In this document: piece after piece, positions 25,701 to 26,356 of the stretch
Position numbering within the stretch: position 1 is the stretch's first letter
How the letters are laid out: each line of letters begins with the position of its first letter
DNA from: a virus
Taxonomy: Duplodnaviria > Caudoviricetes
DNA: 26,356 bases
IMG/VR virus record: IMGVR_UViG_3300023173_000093
Location: 1-26,356 of that record
Reading direction: 5' to 3' (one strand)
Program-made: the position numbers and the translations under genes
Notes under the pieces: model-generated
What the model saw: the letters and a program-made list of their open reading frames with translations, nothing else
What the model was told of the DNA's origin: nothing
Database searches by the model: none

Positions 25701-26073
25701 TATCTGCGGCGGTTTCCTCTGTGAACCCCATCGGCTTGATAATATCGCCGAAGGTTGCCGCCATGCCTTGCAGGTCGTAGCGCGAACGGTTGACCTGCTT
25801 GGAGAAGTTGCCAAGTTCACGAGATACTTCACCGCCAACGGTCTTAAATACCGTATTAAACTTGGCTTGCATTTCCTCAACATCTGAAGCCGCTTTTACC
25901 GCAGCGCCACCAATGCCGAGTATTGGAAGTGTGATAGCAGTAGATAAGGTGCGCCCTACGTTGCGAAGATTGGAGCCAACCTGTTTAAGTTGACCCTCAA
26001 CCTTTGCCATTCCCGACTGAAAGGACTGTATGTCCGCGCCGATCCTTACATCAAGTTGTGCTACCGTAGCCAT
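22702..26073 (-). CDS. Tape measure protein
   Basis: 1123 aa, Ala/Gly-rich helical; 'LDVRIGAD', 'AITLPILGIG', 'LAVDLSSFNN'; C-terminal 'ININLDGQ'. Confidence 0.93.
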   Translation of the reverse strand: MATVAQLDVRIGADIQSFQSGMAKVEGQLKQVGSNLRNVGRTLSTAITLPILGIGGAAVKAASDVEEMQAKFNTVFKTVGGEVSRELGNFSKQVNRSRYDLQGMAATFGDIIKPMGFTEETAADMSVTLTKLAVDLSSFNNMPMDEAVRRLRGTLIGAHENAAEFGVIINENTLKQELMRMGADRLTGSQKEQAKAQARMNLLLAGTTDAQGDATRTADSFANQLRGLRDSVRDLGVQIGEILLPYATSLVQRFDRMVDIVSNLSPGAQRLGIAIAGIAAAAGPLVLTLGGMASGFSAIMRAVTLTMGMFNPYVAGIAAIAAILIGLHRNADAVKASLTNLYTEIKERTAPVIAVMKNAVQDLFTKVGEWVESVVDIGAAIFGTIATWWDDNGQVITTRLVTIFGAIGDFLGSAMELIGTIISKVLDGIKFVWARWGDDIVSTMGFIIRTVLSITEVGFQNLNLLVRALIALLNKDVVGAADLIKEGMANSLRGVDQIVEDFKTSFLNKSATTADEFLAKFDIQGFESIIKYALEASTTDIEEFRKSVLGVGGLLVGEEKLDEMFGSQEFASIIQSALDSSKTTIRGFKTEALLQIRAGGEKLDENFGAGEFETMMKGIFDAAPDLVKDFKDQALGFLNQFKTGANDALVDDEDSVTKASEKVAEGLEKVGLLSREMDLGLPHKFAPRVINDFAFALQNVQGNLELVGDEADELARKFDTVFKAIDRLGIDDKSRVYRAFSWLSVASADLTLFTDGFNNLIDLLKPSTYKDFIEGLKGGFKSLVHLSMELGDNIFSIFSDKKNGFSDFIGKLSNSDGLVGKIAGGLGKWLPGIGAAGLALKAFGIDASDVLKGVKNVIKGIGDGIKNIFGRASKEKKKAARLDRFVSDVTALGVDLSNLSSVDKKAIQALMTPILTSGIATTEDLLAVLGLDASDLMRTVTDAFEGIQILASGMDVADAGSGFNSAIFGLLNNFAEDIAAEFGMTTLQAEMQMFEFFGVSDRIQEIRDEVARMRANQLGRGVDPDGETGVGGFGGPDRPGSAVDMFGNLVGNLAGGSPNFAGINMFGPDMLATLGAYGAAGMGVNMGGSDTQQTININLDGQTIATATMPYWSQELEIYGTNR

Positions 26074-26356
26074 CTTCCAGTATTGCTTTTGCCCGTTGCC
26101 GCAGTTGCTGATATTCAGCCATCCGCATGACAGGCGTTTCCTGTTTCTTCAGTTGGCGGTACATGGCATCAAGAGGCTTCTGCCGTTTGCCCGCCCTGAA
26201 CAGCATCAGGTTTTCGAGTTGCTGCGCTACAACAAAGGTGCGCTGCCACTCCAATTCTTGATCCTGTTCGATGCGCTCCCTAACGCCTGCAAGCATCACG
26301 TTAATATCCCGTAGTGAACACTCATCGACCTGCGATGGTGTCATGCCGAGATAAGC
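26051..26356 (-). CDS. Tail assembly chaperone, C-terminal (gpT-like) part; 5'-truncated
   Basis: 'LGMTPSQV..CSLRDI' immediately upstream of the TMP; frame open to the window edge. Confidence 0.65.
   Translation of the reverse strand, partial: AYLGMTPSQVDECSLRDINVMLAGVRERIEQDQELEWQRTFVVAQQLENLMLFRAGKRQKPLDAMYRQLKKQETPVMRMAEYQQLRQRAKAILEDGYGSTT

Overview
Most of a small (about 55% GC) tailed-phage genome of siphovirus type, apparently circularly permuted. The minus strand carries the late genes in two blocks. Block 10.9 kb to 1: unknown genes, holin, amidase, TerS, TerL, portal, MuF/gp7 minor head, a 5-gene insert, a DUF3140-like/protease/major capsid ORF and head-tail genes. Block 26.3 kb to 16.3 kb: tail chaperone, tape measure, tail and fibre genes, metallophosphoesterase. 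The plus strand (11.35-16.2 kb) carries an early operon of small genes: wHTH, Rad52/Sak-like annealase, DnaA domain IV-like, Gp157 and VRR-NUC. The most unusual content is RNA-level. (1) A complete type II hammerhead ribozyme with pseudoknot follows the first early gene. (2) A non-canonical tRNA-like cloverleaf follows the capsid stop; its anticodon-arm sequence CCUCUCUCGG is antisense to a (CC)GAGAGAG leader motif in front of six early genes. (3) A G_GGU_UUU_UAG slippery site would fuse portal to the MuF protein by -1 frameshift. (4) There are three copies of a ~100-bp promoter/leader module and four covarying C(C/U)GUAA-loop hairpins. Protein family calls come from motif recognition only; no database search was run.
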